Program-made: the position numbers and the translations under genes
Part shown: positions 33,813 to 44,065 of the stretch, piece by piece
Position numbering within the stretch: position 1 is the first letter of the stretch
Layout: each line of letters opens with the position of its first letter
From: Methylophilus sp.
GTDB lineage: Bacteria; Pseudomonadota; Gammaproteobacteria; Burkholderiales; Methylophilaceae
Reading direction: 5' to 3'
Length of the DNA: 44,065 bases
NCBI GenBank assembly: GCA_036402395.1
Contig: DASWSZ010000133.1
Location: 1 to 44,065, forward strand
The notes under the pieces: model-generated
Told to the model about the DNA's origin: nothing
Databases searched by the model: none
Seen by the model: only the letters and a program-made list of their open reading frames with translations

Positions 33813-33892
33813 GCTACTAATTGTTATGCTTTAAATTTTTAGCCAGTCACGAATCACTCTTCACAGGGTGCTAATAATAGTTGGAGTTCTAA

Positions 33893-34486
33893 ATGTCAGA
33901 CCATAACGAATCTTGGGAGAAGTTCTTAAACCCAGAAACGTTAAAGAGAAATTTGATTGCTATTTCTCTTTTCATAACATCATATGAAATGTTTAAAGGG
34001 AGAGTTATTGAAAAACCTGAATCTTTCTTTACTAACGGTTTTAAAGAAGATGGTTTAAACGTTAGTGAAGAATACAAAACCGAGGTACTTGCCCTGTCAA
34101 AAAGCAAATTTTATGCATCTCTGTTATGGTTCAAGAAAATGGATGCAATTGAGCAATCAGATATGGACAGCATTGACTCCATTAGGCAACATCGCAATGA
34201 AGTTGCTCACAACCCAATGGAGTTTATATCTATTGCAAATCGAAACTTTGATACTTCAAAATTTGAAGATTTAGTTACGATTTTCGCTAAACTTGAAAAG
34301 TGGTGGTTTATAAATTTTGAGCTTGCAATAGACCCTGACATGTTACCCGATAGAGCAAATCCTGATGACGTCATATATGGTCCAATTTGGAGCCTTCAAA
34401 TGATGTTAGATATTGCACAGGGTAATGAACCAGAGGAAGGTTACTATTACAAAGCATTTAAGCAATTAAAACCTAATCAAACGTGA
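33893..34486 (+). CDS. Hypothetical protein with HEPN-like R-x4-H motif
   Basis: 197 aa, GGAG Shine-Dalgarno, markedly AT-rich relative to flanks; RNEVAH at 34193-34210. Confidence 0.7.
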   Translation: MSDHNESWEKFLNPETLKRNLIAISLFITSYEMFKGRVIEKPESFFTNGFKEDGLNVSEEYKTEVLALSKSKFYASLLWFKKMDAIEQSDMDSIDSIRQHRNEVAHNPMEFISIANRNFDTSKFEDLVTIFAKLEKWWFINFELAIDPDMLPDRANPDDVIYGPIWSLQMMLDIAQGNEPEEGYYYKAFKQLKPNQT

Positions 34487-34527
34487 TAGTTAAACACTGA
34501 CTGCATACCTTCATTCAAATCCTGAAT

Positions 34528-34560
34528 AATAAAAAACCCGCCAAAGCGGGTTTTTTATTT
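34528..34560. terminator. Bidirectional Rho-independent terminator
   Basis: AATAAAAAACCCGC-CAAA-GCGGGTTTTTTATT between convergent genes. Confidence 0.92.
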
Positions 34561-34607
34561 AGCTAAAGCTAGCATTAATACTTCACTACGTTAGCTTTAT
34601 TTCGGCA

Positions 34608-35258
34608 CTACTTTTTAACAGCCGCTGCTTTGTCTTTACGCACATTGGCAATAATGTAATTGGCCACATCAATCGCTTCTTTATTGCCACCACTCATGGT
34701 GCTAGAAGTAATAAATTTACCATCAATAATTAAGCTAGGTACGCCAGTAGCGCCTGAGGCTTTAAAAATCTGCGCTGCGCGGTTAAGGTTGGTGTTAATC
34801 GTGAATGATTTAAACGCTTGTTCTACTTTTAATTTATCCAAACCACTTTGCTTAGTCACCCATTCAATCGCGCCTTTTTCATCGGTTGGGTTAAGCGTTT
34901 TTTGTTTGTGAATAGCTTCAAACAATGGCGTATGCAATTTTTCTGCAATGCCTAAGGTTTCTAAGGCATAAAACGTTTTAGCCATGGGTGCCCAGCTTGC
35001 GTTTGGTAAACCTGGGATACGCTTAAAGTAGACATCGCTCGGTAATTTTTTAACCCACGCATTTAATGGGGCCTCCATTTGGTAGCAATGGATGCAACCA
35101 TACCAAAAAATCTCTAATACTTCGATTTTGGCAGGATTGTCGGTAGGAATCACTTGTGCCACGGCATCAAATTGGTTGCCGGTGGTTGGCGCTACTGCGG
35201 CGCCAGCCATCACGTGAGTGCTTAAAAGCAGTAATAAACTGGTGAGTATTTTTTTCAT
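34608..35258 (-). CDS. dsbA: Thiol:disulfide interchange protein DsbA
   Basis: Signal peptide, FWYGCIHCY CxxC, GVP cis-Pro loop; argS-SPOR-dsbA synteny. Confidence 0.93.
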   Translation of the reverse strand: MKKILTSLLLLLSTHVMAGAAVAPTTGNQFDAVAQVIPTDNPAKIEVLEIFWYGCIHCYQMEAPLNAWVKKLPSDVYFKRIPGLPNASWAPMAKTFYALETLGIAEKLHTPLFEAIHKQKTLNPTDEKGAIEWVTKQSGLDKLKVEQAFKSFTINTNLNRAAQIFKASGATGVPSLIIDGKFITSSTMSGGNKEAIDVANYIIANVRKDKAAAVKK

Positions 35259-35330
35259 GGTTGTGATTTCCTTACATTTAAAGGTGAGTTGCGACTAGTG
35301 TAACGCATCAACAGAAGCTTGCGATGACAA

Positions 35331-35930
35331 TTAATTGGGCGTTGCTTCCGTATGCACTTTGATTAAGTCTGCATTAAATCCGTTCAAAGTTAAATCGCTG
35401 CGCGCTTTATTGATTTCATCCACGTCAGATAATGGACCAACTCTTACCCGATGCCAAGTCCCCTTTTCGGGGATGACCGCCGTTTGCACCACCGCTTCAA
35501 AGCCTTGTAATGCTAGCTTGGCTTTCATATTGTCGGCGTCGTCTTCATTTTCAAACGCGCCCACTTGCAAAAAGTAGCTGTCTTTTTTAATAGTGGTATT
35601 GTTTTTTACCTCTTGCTCGGTGACCTTGCTTTCGGTGTCTGGCAGTATGGTATAAAAATCAAATTTATTCGGGTCTTCCAGCTTTTTTTCTTCTGGGCTA
35701 TTTTCACTGACTTTGGTTTCAGACACTTTCTTTTTAGCCGCTTTACTTGGCTTAATCGTCGTTTCTTCTTGCTCAGCGGTGCTAAATGGGCTTTGGTCAC
35801 CTTTTAGGTACATCGTCAACGCGACTGAAGCGCCTACACCTAAAATAATCCCTAGCAACACTCCCGATAAAAATGGGCTGCCTTTGCCGTTACTGGTTTT
35901 TTTTGGGCTGGGTTTGTAATCTCTACTCAT
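35331..35930 (-). CDS. SPOR-domain cell division protein (FtsN-like)
   Basis: N-terminal TM, FDFYTILP motif, C-terminal SPOR (YFLQVGAF...WHRVRVGP). Confidence 0.88.
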   Translation of the reverse strand: MSRDYKPSPKKTSNGKGSPFLSGVLLGIILGVGASVALTMYLKGDQSPFSTAEQEETTIKPSKAAKKKVSETKVSENSPEEKKLEDPNKFDFYTILPDTESKVTEQEVKNNTTIKKDSYFLQVGAFENEDDADNMKAKLALQGFEAVVQTAVIPEKGTWHRVRVGPLSDVDEINKARSDLTLNGFNADLIKVHTEATPN

Positions 35931-35939
35931 GTGATCCCT

Positions 35940-37598
35940 TTACATTTTTTCTGGTGCAGAAACACCTAGCAGCGCGAGGCCGTTTTTAAGCACTTGTTGC
36001 GTCGCCGCAATCAGGGCTAAACGTGCGCACTTGGTGGTTTCATCGTCGACCAAAAATTTGGTGTCATTGTAATAGCTGTGTAAATCACTCGCCAGTGCTT
36101 TTAAATAAGTGGCAATGCTGTGCGGTGATAATTCGGTACAAGCATCTGCCACCACTTCTGGGTAAGCGCTTAAGGTTTGCATCAGCGCCGCTTCACTGGC
36201 GGCCGTCAGTGGGCTTAAATCTACCGTTTGCAATGTCTGTACATCGCCACCCCATTGCGCTAGCACGCTGCAAATACGGGCGTGGGCATATTGAATATAG
36301 TACACAGGGTTGTCATTGGTTTGCGCGCGCGCTAAATCTATATCAAATACCAATTGTGAATCGGCACGGCGTGCTGCCAAAAAGTAGCGCGTTGCATCAC
36401 AGCCTACTTCATCAATTAAGTCGCGCAATGTTACGTAGCTGCCAGCACGTTTAGACAGTTTGACTTCTTCACCGCCACGCATCACTGTCACCATTTGGTG
36501 CAACACGTAGTCTGGCCACGCTGGTGGAATGCCTACATTCAACGCCTGCAAGCCAGCACGCACGCGGGTAATGGTGCTATGGTGGTCTGCGCCCTGCTCG
36601 TTAATGACACGTTTAAAGCCGCGGTTCCATTTGTCTAAGTGGTAAGCCACATCAGGCACAAAATAGGTATAGCCGCCATCGGTTTTACGCATCACACGGT
36701 CTTTGTCGTCGCCAAAATCGGTGGTACGTAGCCACAGCGCATCGTCCTGCTCATAGGTGTGACCGCTGTTGATTAAATTTTGTACCGTTGCTGCTACTTT
36801 GCCTGTGCTGTACAGCGCGCTTTCGAGTGAAAACACATCAAATTTGATTTGAAATGCTTTTAAATCTAAATCTTGCTCATGCCGTAAATAGGCCACTGCA
36901 AACGCACGTACCGATTCAGTGTCATTTAGGTCACCGCTCGCAGTCACTTGCATGTCATCTGCCGTGACTGTACTTTTTGCTAAGTAGGCATTGGCAATTT
37001 CTACAATATAATCACCGCGATAGCCGTTTTCTGGAAAGCGGGCGTCATCGGTGGCAATGCCTTGGGCGCGCGCCAATACCGAAATCACCAGATTATCAAT
37101 TTGCGCGCCAGCATCGTTGTAATAGAATTCGCGCGTAACTTGCCAACCGTTGGCAGCCAATATACGGCACAAGCAATCGCCCACCGCCGCGCCGCGACCA
37201 TGGCCGACATGCAGCGGGCCGGTTGGGTTGGCGGAGACAAATTCCACTTGCACTTGAGTACCTTGTCCGTTGTGATTATTGCCAAACTCGGCGCCCGATG
37301 TTAATACTTGTGGCACGATGGCATGTTTGGCTTGTGCGCTTAAGAAAAAATTAATAAATCCAGCGCCGGCAATTTCTACTTTGGCAATAGAGTCACTGGC
37401 AGGCAGCGCTTTAATTAAACTTTCGGCAATCATGCGTGGATTTTGGCGTAGCGGTTTTGCTAATTGCATGGCAATATTGGTGGCAAAGTCACCATGCTCA
37501 GCCGATTTAGGCCGTTCTAACACCACGTTTAAATGGCTGGTATCTTCCACTATAGAATGGGCGGCGCTTAATAATAACTCTGTGATAATGTGTTTCAA
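35940..37598 (-). CDS. argS: Arginine--tRNA ligase
   Basis: [17 protein letters not shown] (HIGH), [15 protein letters not shown] and GVSAPEKM. Start uncertain (TTG 37598 or ATG 37637). Confidence 0.97.
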   Translation of the reverse strand: MKHIITELLLSAAHSIVEDTSHLNVVLERPKSAEHGDFATNIAMQLAKPLRQNPRMIAESLIKALPASDSIAKVEIAGAGFINFFLSAQAKHAIVPQVLTSGAEFGNNHNGQGTQVQVEFVSANPTGPLHVGHGRGAAVGDCLCRILAANGWQVTREFYYNDAGAQIDNLVISVLARAQGIATDDARFPENGYRGDYIVEIANAYLAKSTVTADDMQVTASGDLNDTESVRAFAVAYLRHEQDLDLKAFQIKFDVFSLESALYSTGKVAATVQNLINSGHTYEQDDALWLRTTDFGDDKDRVMRKTDGGYTYFVPDVAYHLDKWNRGFKRVINEQGADHHSTITRVRAGLQALNVGIPPAWPDYVLHQMVTVMRGGEEVKLSKRAGSYVTLRDLIDEVGCDATRYFLAARRADSQLVFDIDLARAQTNDNPVYYIQYAHARICSVLAQWGGDVQTLQTVDLSPLTAASEAALMQTLSAYPEVVADACTELSPHSIATYLKALASDLHSYYNDTKFLVDDETTKCARLALIAATQQVLKNGLALLGVSAPEKM

Positions 37599-37787
37599 GG
37601 GTGGCGTATCGTTGTTTTTTGAAAATTTAAACAACATTGGTAGAAAAAAAGCTATTTTAACCTAATTAAGCACTCATTTCTGTTAAAACTTGGCATTTTG
37701 AGCAAACGCGCTATTCTGTTTAATCAGGACTTTTCGGCTGACCTCATATTTCATTCAAGCATGCATAACCAACATAACCCTTCCACC

Positions 37788-39977
37788 ATGCAAATTTTAA
37801 ATATCGCGCTAGATGTGCCGCTCAATCGCTTATTTGATTACAGCAGTGATGGCTTGGCTGTACGCGTGGGTAATCGTGTGGTGGTGCCGTTTGCTGGCCG
37901 CAACTTGGTGGGTGTGGTGCTGGCGACTGCAGACACGACAGAAGTGCCGCTGGATAAATTAAAAACCATTAGCGCGGTGTTTGATGATGAAGCGTTTGAT
38001 CAGCACACTTACCCATTGCTAAAGTTTTGTGCAGATTATTACCATTACCCGTTCGGACAAACCTTGCTGTCCACCTTACCGTTGCGCATGCGCCAAATTA
38101 AGCCTGCGGTGTCGCGCAAATCTTTTGTCTATACGTTGCTGCATGCACCAACAGCAACTATAGAAAAACGCCAAGTGGTATTGCAACGTGTACTCACTGC
38201 GTTTGCGCAGCAGCCTACCTTGTCAGAACAGCAATTAGCCGAGATTTCAGCCAGTTGGCGCAAAGCCATCACGCATTTAACTGAGCTTGGCTGTGTCAGT
38301 TCGCAACAAGTCGTCGCAGTGCCCGCGTCTATGCCGTCCTCGGATGTGGCGCCGGTTCTTAATGCCGAGCAACAAGCGGCTATACACGCTGTGCTAGCGC
38401 AGCGCGATACGTTTAAACCGTGGTTGTTATATGGCATTACTGGTTCTGGCAAAACTGAGGTGTATATCCAGTTGTTGGCAGCGGTATTAGCGCAGCCAAA
38501 CGCCCAAATATTGGTGCTGGTGCCAGAAATTAATTTAACGCCACAGTTGGAGGCGCGTTTTAGAAATCGCCTGAGCCAGTACGCCTTAGTGACGCTGCAC
38601 AGCAACTTGAGCGAGAGTGAGCGCTTACAACACTGGCTAGCTGCAAAAACGGGGGCGGCCAAAATTGTCATCGGTACGCGCTTAAGTGTATTTACGCCCA
38701 TGCCGCATTTGCGCATGATTGTGATAGATGAAGAGCATGATGGCTCGTACAAGCAGCAAGACGGTTTGCGCTATCACGCCCGCGATGTGGCGATGGTACG
38801 TGCAAAACAGTTGAATATACCTATCGTGTTGGGCAGTGCTACGCCGTCACTCGAAACTTGGTACAACGCGACCACTCTCAACCATAAAAAACAAAGTTAT
38901 GGCTTGCTGACGTTGCAACAACGTGCGGTAGAAAACGCCGCCTTGCCCAAAATATTTTGCATTGATATCGCCAAATCCCCTGTTGAGAATGGCTTATCGC
39001 CACTGTTAATCGAGGCCATACGCAAACGCTTAGCACTAGGCGAGCAGAGTTTATTGTTTATCAATCGGCGTGGTTATGCGCCGGTATTGCATTGCAATGC
39101 CTGCCAGTGGTTGTCTAGCTGTACGCGCTGTTCGGCCAAGCTGGTGGTGCATTTAAGCCAACGCCGTCTTAAGTGTCACCATTGTGGTCATGAGCAAAAA
39201 ATTCCGCTGCAATGCCCAAGCTGTGGCAATGCCGACTTAAAACCAGTCGGCCAAGCCACACAGCGCTTAACAGAAACCTTAGGCCAGTTGTTTCCCTCGG
39301 CGCGTATTGCGCGGGTAGACCGTGACAGCATGCGCAACAAAGATGCCTTAACGCAGATGTTAAGCCTAGTGCATCAAGGTGAGATTGATATTTTGGTCGG
39401 TACGCAAATGCTGGCCAAAGGCCATGACTTTCCTAACCTGACTTTGGTGGGTGTGATGGATACCGACAGCGCTTTGTATAGCCCAGATTTTAGAGCCAGC
39501 GAGCGTTTGTTTTCGCAGCTGATGCAGGTGTCTGGCCGCGCTGGGCGTGGCGAGGTAGCGGGTGAGGTGTTGATACAAACCAGCTTTCCGCAACATGAAT
39601 TATTTCATGCGTTGCGCGCGCAAAATTACGCCGAGTACGCCAATACCTTGCTGGAAGAACGCAAGAGCATGCAGTTTCCACCGTATGTGTTTACCGTACT
39701 GTTACGCGCAGAGGCCGCTGATTACGGCTTGGTGCATCAGTTTTTAAATCATGCCTTTAGTTTGGCGCGGCATTGGCATGATGACGTGACTGTATATGAC
39801 CCGGTGCGCCCGCAAATGGAGCGCTTAAAAAGCATGGAGCGTGCTTTTGTGTTGATGCAAAGCCAGCAACGACCAGCCTTGCAAGCGTTATTGAAATATT
39901 TAGTGCCGGCCCTTAGAGCCAGTACGCTGGCGAATAAAGTACGTTGGGCGGTGGATGTGGATCCGCTGGATTTTTAA
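37788..39977 (+). CDS. priA: Primosomal protein N' (replication restart helicase)
   Basis: GITGSGKTEVY, DEEHD, four CxxC pairs, GTQMLAKGHDFP and DVDP. ATG 37788 is the likely start. Confidence 0.97.
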   Translation: MQILNIALDVPLNRLFDYSSDGLAVRVGNRVVVPFAGRNLVGVVLATADTTEVPLDKLKTISAVFDDEAFDQHTYPLLKFCADYYHYPFGQTLLSTLPLRMRQIKPAVSRKSFVYTLLHAPTATIEKRQVVLQRVLTAFAQQPTLSEQQLAEISASWRKAITHLTELGCVSSQQVVAVPASMPSSDVAPVLNAEQQAAIHAVLAQRDTFKPWLLYGITGSGKTEVYIQLLAAVLAQPNAQILVLVPEINLTPQLEARFRNRLSQYALVTLHSNLSESERLQHWLAAKTGAAKIVIGTRLSVFTPMPHLRMIVIDEEHDGSYKQQDGLRYHARDVAMVRAKQLNIPIVLGSATPSLETWYNATTLNHKKQSYGLLTLQQRAVENAALPKIFCIDIAKSPVENGLSPLLIEAIRKRLALGEQSLLFINRRGYAPVLHCNACQWLSSCTRCSAKLVVHLSQRRLKCHHCGHEQKIPLQCPSCGNADLKPVGQATQRLTETLGQLFPSARIARVDRDSMRNKDALTQMLSLVHQGEIDILVGTQMLAKGHDFPNLTLVGVMDTDSALYSPDFRASERLFSQLMQVSGRAGRGEVAGEVLIQTSFPQHELFHALRAQNYAEYANTLLEERKSMQFPPYVFTVLLRAEAADYGLVHQFLNHAFSLARHWHDDVTVYDPVRPQMERLKSMERAFVLMQSQQRPALQALLKYLVPALRASTLANKVRWAVDVDPLDF

Positions 39978-40052
39978 ACGAGTAGCCGCTAGTCGTTATC
40001 CAGCTGGCATTAGCGTCCACCCATTAAGTAAAGCTGTTGTAGCATAGATGAG

Positions 40053-40107
40053 TGGATTACTACGTCACATGCGTTCCTTGCAATGACAGCGAACCCGTCA
40101 CTGCGAG
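40053..40107. repeat. Degenerate GTCATTGCGAG-type palindromic repeat remnant
   Basis: TGGATTACTACGTCAC...CTTGCAATGAC-N9-GTCACTGCGAG; resembles the widespread GTCATTGCGAG...GCAATC intergenic repeats. Confidence 0.45.
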
Positions 40108-40172
40108 CACATGCTGCGTGGAAGTTAAGTCATTCTTTTTGGCCAATTTCAACCCTACACTGAAAGGCTGCA

Positions 40173-43100
40173 TTAATCTGCCGCCTTGTTGTTCACATAG
40201 GATTCCAGCGCCACCAAGGGTAAGGGCTGGCTAAAATAGTAGCCTTGGTACAAGTGGCAGCCCTGTTGATTGAGAAACTCTTTTTGTGCCAGCATTTCCA
40301 CGCCTTCGGCAATCACCTCTAAATCTAAACTGTGCGCCAGCGTAATAATACTGCGGCAAATCGAGGCATCATGGTTATCCACCAAAACGTCGCGTACAAA
40401 CGATTGGTCAATCTTAAGCTGGTTGAGCGGCAAGCGCTTGAGGTAATTAAGTGAGGAATAGCCGGTACCAAAATCATCTAGCGAGAAACTAATACCAAGT
40501 TTTTTCAAGGCGGTCATTTTTTGAATAATGTCAGCAATGTTTTCAGCAAACAGGCTTTCGGTTAGTTCAAATTCCAACATGGCTGGGTTCACGCCGGTGC
40601 GTTTTAATATGCGTTTGACCCGGCTAACAAAGTCAGGCTGACGGAACTGGTTGACGCTAATATTGACCGCTAGCGTCATACTGGCCAGCGCCGGCATGCT
40701 TTGCCATCTCACCAAGGTCTCACATGCGGTTTTCAGCACCCACTCGCCTATCGGAATAATCAGCAAGGTTTCTTCAGCCAAAGGAATAAACGCATTCGGT
40801 GGAATCATAGTGTAGCCATGTTGCCAGCGCAGCAAGGCTTCTGCCCCTATGCATACATTTGCATGGTTAAACTGCGGTTGGTAATACAAGATAAATTCGT
40901 TTTTCTTCACGCCTACGCGTAAATCGTTTTCTAACTGCACACGGTGGCTCACAGAGGTTTGCATGTCTGGATCGTAAAAACGCAAGGTATTGCGACCGGC
41001 GGCTTTGGCTTGGTACATGGCCAAATCGGCTTGTTTTAACAGCTCATTGACCGACTGTTGTTCATCGACAAACAGTGTGATGCCTATACTGGGCGAGCTG
41101 TGGTAGAGGTGTTGCTCTAAGTCAAACGGCGTTTTGAACAAGCGAATCAGTTTTTCTGCAAAGTTTTGGCTTTGTATGGCCGCTTCGGCGGGGTTGGGGC
41201 TAAGCTCTTCCAGCAGAATAATAAATTCATCGCCGCCTAGTCTGGCCACGGTATCACTTTGCCGCGTCATGCCGACAAAGCGTGCGCCAATTTGTTTTAA
41301 TAGCAGATCGCCCGCAGCGTGGCCTATGGTGTCGTTAATGGTTTTAAAGTTATCGATATCAATAAACAGTAAGGCGCCAAACTTGTGGCTACGCGCACTG
41401 CTGGCAATCGCGTGTTGCAGCCTGTCTTGCAATAATAGGCGATTAGGCAAGCCTGTCAGTGCGTCGTAAAAAGCCAAATACTGAATTTTTTCCGCGGCAA
41501 TTTTGCGCTCGGTGACATCGGTATTGATGCACAACACCGACAGCGGCTGACCTTTATCATCTTTGACCAAGGTCCAGTGCACCTCGGCAAACAGCTCGCT
41601 GTTATTTTTGCGGCGTTGGCTCACTTCCTTTTTCCACTCGCCGGTTTCTAGTAGTTGGGTGTTGGCTGCGTAATAGTCACTACTCTCAATATACAGCAGC
41701 TCGACAATGGAGCGGCCTAAGGCTTCTTGCTGTGACCAGCCATATAAGCGCTCTGCGCCTTTGTTCCAAAACTGAATATGGTGTTGCATGTCACGCACAA
41801 TAATGGCGTCTTGTGCTTTGTCCAGCAGTGAAGCTTGCTCGCTAATATGGCGGTCGTAATCTTGGCGCTCTATCTCTGCCGCAGCACGCGTGGCAAAAAT
41901 TTTGAGCGTAGAAATAATAAAATCAGTTTGCTTGATGAACTGGCGTTTCATCACAAACACCATGCCTATCAACACGCCTTTGTTGCTGACCAAGCGCTGA
42001 CCTATGTAATCTTTCATGCCCAATGTCAGCATGGTGGCACTGGGTTTAAAGCATTCGCTCAGCGATTTAGACAGAATAAAATGCTCAGATTCGATTAAAT
42101 GCCGGCATGGGCTGGTGGCAATATCATATTCAATGTTGTCGATGACTTTGCCATCGACCATGGCCGCCAGCGTGCGCCCTTTGCTCGTGTCATTCGGTAA
42201 TAGTCTGGCAATAAAGGCGGCATCCGTATCGGTAGCGGCCGCCATATTGTCCACCAATTGCACAAAAAATTGATTGCTGGTGGGCGAAGACACGCTAGAG
42301 GCTACGCGTAGCATGGCGGATTGGATACGCGCCTGCTCAATTTTTGCGCGAATATTCAAGATGCCAAAACTCAGGTCTTCAGCCAATTCTTCCAGTAATT
42401 TGATTTCTTCGGCCTGCATGGCCAGCACTTCTGGCGCATACATAGCCAATAAGCCAAAGCAGTGTTGCTTGGCCGGGTCTATCAAGGGCAGCGATACCAA
42501 GCCTACATAACCTTGCGCCAACGCTAAATCGATGGCGGGGTAACTGGGGTCTTGCGCAATATCCTCAACAAACACCGTCTTGGCTGAGCGTATGGTTTTG
42601 CCGCCTGGCCCTTGCCCGCGCGGGCTGCTAGCGGACCAGCTTAATTTAAGATTAGTTAGAAACGACGCATCGCTGGCGCCATAGCTGCCCACAGGCGTAA
42701 TCGATTGTGCTTCGTCGTCCTCGGTATAGCCGACCCACGCCATACGGTAGCCGCCAATGTCCACCGCTAACTGGCAAATATGGTTAATCAGATGCTGCTC
42801 ATCCTCAGCCCGTATCAGCACATCGTTACAGGCGCTCAGCATACGCAAGGCGCGGTTTAATCTGGCCATTTCTAGCTCAGAGGCTTTGCGCAAGCTAATA
42901 TCGCGCTGCACCGAGACCCAATGCGTGTATTCGCCATTGGCGCCAGCTATGGGTGCAATTTCTAGCTCCAGCCAAAACGGCTCGCCCGATTTTTTATAAT
43001 TAATCAGCTCGCCACGCACAGGCTGCCATTGCTGTATAGCGGCGCGAATACGCGCCAGCTCTTGCTCTTGTGTAGCCGGCCCTTGCAGTAATTTGGGCGA

Positions 43101-44065
43101 TTGACCAATGATGTCGGCTTTGCTGAAGCCGGTGTGTTTTTCAAAAGCATCATTGACAAATACTACGGTGGGATCCGGGTCGTTCCGCGTCTGGGCTTCG
43201 GTAATCAGTACAATGTCGTCCAGTCGTTCAATGGCAGAACCGAGTAAGCGTATTTGATTAGAGGCCAGTTCTTTTTCGATGGCGATGGCGATGGTTTTAG
43301 CCACCGAACTAATCAGTTTGACTTTTTCTTCAGTGGGTAGTGCAATGGTGCGTGAGTAGGCGGCAAACGTGCCGATGACTTTGTGCTGGCTAGACAGCAG
43401 TGGCCAAGACCAACAGGCCAATAGTTGGTGCTTAAGCGCAACCTCTTTATAAGGTATCCACAACGGGTCAGTAGCAATATCACTGACGATAATTTCTTTT
43501 TGTAAATAAGCCGCGGTGCCGCAAGAGCCTGTAGCTGGGCCAATTTCAGCGCCGTTGATGGCATGCAAGTATTCTTCTGGTAAGTTAAACGAAGTGCCGG
43601 TTTTAAGGTATTTACCGCTGTTGTCGATAAAATTGACGGCACCTATCAAATCAGGATATTGCGCTTCAATTAACTGAATACAGTCTTCCAGCACGCTGAT
43701 TAAGGGCGTACCCGAGGCTATTTTTTCTAGAATAAGCGTTTGCTTACGATTAAAAATGTCCAGATTTTTATAGGCGGTGATATCTTGAAACGCACCTTCT
43801 AGCCGCACAATATCGCCATGGGCATCGCGCACCGCATGCCCGACAGTGCGCACCCATATCAATCTATTTTTTGCGGTGATTTTGGGAAATTCTTCATCGT
43901 ACGATTTACCGTAGCGCATGCACTCTTCTACCACTTGTTTGATGCGGGCACGGTACTCTGGCAGCACCATCAGCACGCCCTCCTCAAAGCTAGGGGTCAC
44001 GCCGGCTGGCAGGTCATGCATGATAGACACTTCGTCTGACCAACGCATATGCATATTGTGCAGAT
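40173..44065 (-). CDS. Multi-sensor PAS/GAF diguanylate cyclase-phosphodiesterase (GGDEF-EAL), 5' truncated by the window end
   Basis: Frame is open to the window edge. Several PAS and GAF domains; RQSD I-site with GGDEF; EAL, DDFGTGYSS, KID and EGVE intact. Confidence 0.93.
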   Translation of the reverse strand, partial: LHNMHMRWSDEVSIMHDLPAGVTPSFEEGVLMVLPEYRARIKQVVEECMRYGKSYDEEFPKITAKNRLIWVRTVGHAVRDAHGDIVRLEGAFQDITAYKNLDIFNRKQTLILEKIASGTPLISVLEDCIQLIEAQYPDLIGAVNFIDNSGKYLKTGTSFNLPEEYLHAINGAEIGPATGSCGTAAYLQKEIIVSDIATDPLWIPYKEVALKHQLLACWSWPLLSSQHKVIGTFAAYSRTIALPTEEKVKLISSVAKTIAIAIEKELASNQIRLLGSAIERLDDIVLITEAQTRNDPDPTVVFVNDAFEKHTGFSKADIIGQSPKLLQGPATQEQELARIRAAIQQWQPVRGELINYKKSGEPFWLELEIAPIAGANGEYTHWVSVQRDISLRKASELEMARLNRALRMLSACNDVLIRAEDEQHLINHICQLAVDIGGYRMAWVGYTEDDEAQSITPVGSYGASDASFLTNLKLSWSASSPRGQGPGGKTIRSAKTVFVEDIAQDPSYPAIDLALAQGYVGLVSLPLIDPAKQHCFGLLAMYAPEVLAMQAEEIKLLEELAEDLSFGILNIRAKIEQARIQSAMLRVASSVSSPTSNQFFVQLVDNMAAATDTDAAFIARLLPNDTSKGRTLAAMVDGKVIDNIEYDIATSPCRHLIESEHFILSKSLSECFKPSATMLTLGMKDYIGQRLVSNKGVLIGMVFVMKRQFIKQTDFIISTLKIFATRAAAEIERQDYDRHISEQASLLDKAQDAIIVRDMQHHIQFWNKGAERLYGWSQQEALGRSIVELLYIESSDYYAANTQLLETGEWKKEVSQRRKNNSELFAEVHWTLVKDDKGQPLSVLCINTDVTERKIAAEKIQYLAFYDALTGLPNRLLLQDRLQHAIASSARSHKFGALLFIDIDNFKTINDTIGHAAGDLLLKQIGARFVGMTRQSDTVARLGGDEFIILLEELSPNPAEAAIQSQNFAEKLIRLFKTPFDLEQHLYHSSPSIGITLFVDEQQSVNELLKQADLAMYQAKAAGRNTLRFYDPDMQTSVSHRVQLENDLRVGVKKNEFILYYQPQFNHANVCIGAEALLRWQHGYTMIPPNAFIPLAEETLLIIPIGEWVLKTACETLVRWQSMPALASMTLAVNISVNQFRQPDFVSRVKRILKRTGVNPAMLEFELTESLFAENIADIIQKMTALKKLGISFSLDDFGTGYSSLNYLKRLPLNQLKIDQSFVRDVLVDNHDASICRSIITLAHSLDLEVIAEGVEMLAQKEFLNQQGCHLYQGYYFSQPLPLVALESYVNNKAAD

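Noticed and set aside
33823-34500. Integron cassette origin of the HEPN-like gene (GTTATGC at 33823; ACCTAAT near the stop)
   Set aside because: Core sites are degenerate, and no attC hairpin or intI gene is visible.

Overview
Chromosomal replication-origin region of a betaproteobacterium. Gene order and protein features suggest Methylophilaceae/Methylotenera, which is an inference and not a database result. Core block: gyrB (partial)-dnaN-dnaA on the minus strand with no recF. oriC-type elements (DnaA-trios, DnaA boxes, IHF site) lie between dnaA and dnaN. On the plus strand follow rpmH-rnpA-yidD-yidC-mnmE, an inserted DUF2853-like gene (minus strand), mnmG-rsmG-parA-parB with two perfect parS palindromes, the full atpIBEFHAGDC operon, and glmU-glmS. 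The right half is more variable: an EutR-like AraC regulator interrupted by an in-frame TAG converging on a TorF-type porin, yaeQ, a degenerate EAL-HDOD protein, ettA, an SDR, a DUF6394-like membrane protein with a two-RCK K+ channel, an AT-rich lone HEPN-motif gene, dsbA-SPOR-argS, priA, and a 5'-truncated PAS/GAF-GGDEF-EAL gene. The most notable unexplained signal is four dispersed 80-130 bp intergenic hairpin elements. Their stems differ in sequence, but they share an internal-loop core with an apparent compensatory base change. No rRNA, tRNA, CRISPR array or transposase was seen.
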